Source of the DNA: Macrostomum lignano
Lineage: Eukaryota
NCBI GenBank assembly: GCA_002269645.1
Contig: NIVC01001143.1
Span: forward strand, 62,001-126,000
Length of the DNA stretch: 64,000 nucleotides
Reading direction: 5' to 3'
This document shows, piece by piece, positions 62,117 through 64,000 of this stretch (the first letter of the stretch is position 1; each line of letters opens with the position of its first letter). A program made the position numbers and the translations under genes. The notes beneath the pieces are model-generated. The model searched no databases, was not told the origin of the DNA, and was given only the letters and a program-made list of their open reading frames with translations.

Positions 62117-63217
62117 ATGTCCGACTGGCTCACACCTGGGGCAGCGGGCGGCTCAGCCAGCAGCCCACTACTGCCCACCACCTTCGGAGTTGGCGGTGTC
62201 AGCAGCGGCCTCGGCGCGGGCGTCGTCGACCACTTTGACATTCTCGACAGCGCCGGTGGCAGCGGCGGTGTCATTGGAGACGGCTGCCTCCTGATGGATG
62301 ACGTCGGCCTCGGCGACGAGCCCGAAGTCCTCGGGTTGGAGGCGGCCGCTCTGCCAGCCGTGGAGGCCTCGGAGAACCAGTGCCTGCTGAGCGAGGAGTT
62401 GTACAGACTGTCCAGAGTGCGCCGCGTCTGGAAGAAGGAGAGCCTGGAGCTCTGGGCGCTGAAGGATGACGCCGGCTACGTGCTGGAGAGCCGAGGCGGC
62501 GTCTTCAGTCAGCAGTTTCAGCGAGCTCAGGTGCGCTCGGTTAGTCTATTATTAACTGGGGCAGCTTAGTTGGTTTGTCGCAGGGTGGCTGTTGGGTTCC
62601 GTCATAAATTTATGCGAAAGTTGAGTTGAAAGCAGTTCTGCACATCTTGCTGACCCCTGAGCACGCACAGCGGCCAGGCGTTACCGGTATATTACAAAAA
62701 CAAGGGCCAGAGGAGGCGTTGACCCTCATCAGTATGAATCGTATGACTGTTCGGGAGCCCCAGATTAATGTGACCGCTCTCGGAATCGAACCCAGGCAAC
62801 CCAGAGCGAGAGAGTCGGGCATGTCACGAGCTACCGCTCCACTGCTCAGCCCCTCTTGACAGGTGGTGCACAGGAGTTTTAAATCTCAGGCCCTGTCTGT
62901 AACTCAACCAGGTGCGCTCTTGGACGGAGCTGACTGGCGGCGGCGGTGACGGACGCAGCTCCAACTCGAAGCGCCCCGTTGGCCGCCTGAAGGACCGGCT
63001 GGTGTTCGCCATCCGCTTTATCGCCGACTCGGAGTGCAGCGGCGCCGAGTCGCAACAGCCGGGGGTCGTCGGCGGCGGCGGTGCCAAGTGGCAGCGATTC
63101 CGCGCGGTCTCTGTGCACCAGATGTACCGCTGGATGCTGGTGCTCAGACGCCTGTTTGACGACCCGACCTGCCCCGAGCCGCGGCCCGGCCTCGACTTTG
63201 TCTCCCATGGCAACGAG
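62117..63217 (+). CDS. First two coding exons (62117-62530, 62912-63217) of an unidentified gene with a PH-like segment; continues beyond the window
   Basis: GC-rich phase-0 exons; alternating strands LYRLSRVRRVWKKESLELWALK..YVLES..VFAIRF..KWQRFRAVSVHQMYRWMLVLRRLF resemble a PH fold ending in the Trp-containing helix. Confidence 0.6.
62590..62853 (-). mobile_element. tRNA-derived SINE in intron 1 of the PH-like gene
   Basis: Minus strand GGGCTGAGCAGTGGAGCGGTAGC (A box) .. GGGTTCGATTCC (B box), followed by a body of about 180 bp; the 3' boundary is approximate. Confidence 0.7.
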
Positions 63218-63349
63218 GTTTGCTCTTACACTGCTGTTCAGCAGATTCATTCCCGATTTGGCTTGCCCGCTCAATGCCCGCCGACTCGAACTGGGAATTT
63301 CTTTTTTGCTTGCCTTCACCTGCTGATAGTCCCCTTGGTTTGAATTGAC

Positions 63350-63860
63350 CCGAAGCTTGTGATTCCCTTAGTTTGAATTCAGCCGAAGCTTGTAATTCCC
63401 TTAGTTTTAATTCAGCCGAAGCTTGTAATTCCCTTAGTTTTAATTCAGCCGAAGCTTGTAATTCCCTTAGTTTTAATTCAGCCGAAGCTTGTAATTCCCT
63501 TATTTTTAATTCAGCCAAAGCTTGTAATTCCCTTAGTTTTAATTCAGCCGAAGCTTGTAATTCCCTTAGTTTTAACTCAGCCGAAGCTTGTAATTCCCTT
63601 AGTTTTAACTCAGCCGAAGCTTGTAACTCCCTTAGTTTTAACTCAGCCGAAGCTTGTAACTCCCTTAGTTTTAATTCAGCCGAAGCTTGTAATTCCCTTA
63701 TTTTTAATTCAGCCAAAGCTTGTAATTCCCTTAGTTTTAATTCAGCCGAAGCTTGTAATTCCCTTAGTTTTAACTCAGCCGAAGCTTGTAATTCCCTTAG
63801 TTTTAACTCAGCCGAAGCTTGTAATTCCCTTAGTTTTAACTCAGCCGAAGCTTGTAATTC
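63350..63860. repeat. 33-bp minisatellite GAAGCTTGTAATTCCCTTAGTTTTAATTCAGCC
   Basis: About 15 copies in intron 2 of the PH-like gene. Confidence 0.95.
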
Positions 63861-64000
63861 CCCAAGTTTTAAAGGTGTTAATTCACCAGAGGCTTGTAAT
63901 ACCCTTGATTAATTTTACTCAACTCTGGTAATTCCCTTAGTTTAAATTCAGTCTCTGGTGGCTCACTTCAATCAAACAGTTTCAGTAAATTTCTTCTTGT

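Noticed and set aside
63144-63912. AELKLRELQAS coiled-coil-like ORF
   Set aside because: A 33-bp intronic array on the opposite strand of the host gene; no independent gene structure.

Overview
Eukaryotic (metazoan) genomic DNA, not prokaryotic; there are no CRISPR arrays or rRNA genes. GC-rich exons are separated by introns that almost all carry their own distinct tandem repeat. This resembles the free-living flatworm Macrostomum (inference, not verified). Gene models were built by hand from GT-AG boundaries and phase checks. Plus strand: CFAP410/C21orf2-like (1278-3027), an 18-exon TRPM channel with a candidate mutually exclusive exon pair (9944-27328), and the first two exons of an unidentified PH-fold-like gene (62117 onward). 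Minus strand: an intronless RGG/Q-rich triple matrin-type zinc-finger gene (4192-5844) and a co-oriented train EXOC8 -> alpha-NAGA/GH27 -> MINDY4B-like pseudo-deubiquitinase -> HSD11B-like SDR -> a damaged, possibly WD40-type gene whose candidate ATG lies only 18 nt after the SDR stop codon. Mobile DNA: a 5'-truncated APE-RT-RNaseH LINE, an LTR with a tRNA-Leu PBS, three SINE fragments, two MITEs with 8-bp TSDs, foldback elements and a possible Harbinger relic. Most long ORFs in the supplied track are repeat artefacts. Most notable patterns: minisatellites whose units are copies of the splice junction they abut, the TRPM exon pair, and the operon-like minus-strand cluster. All protein identifications are from recalled motifs; no searches were run.
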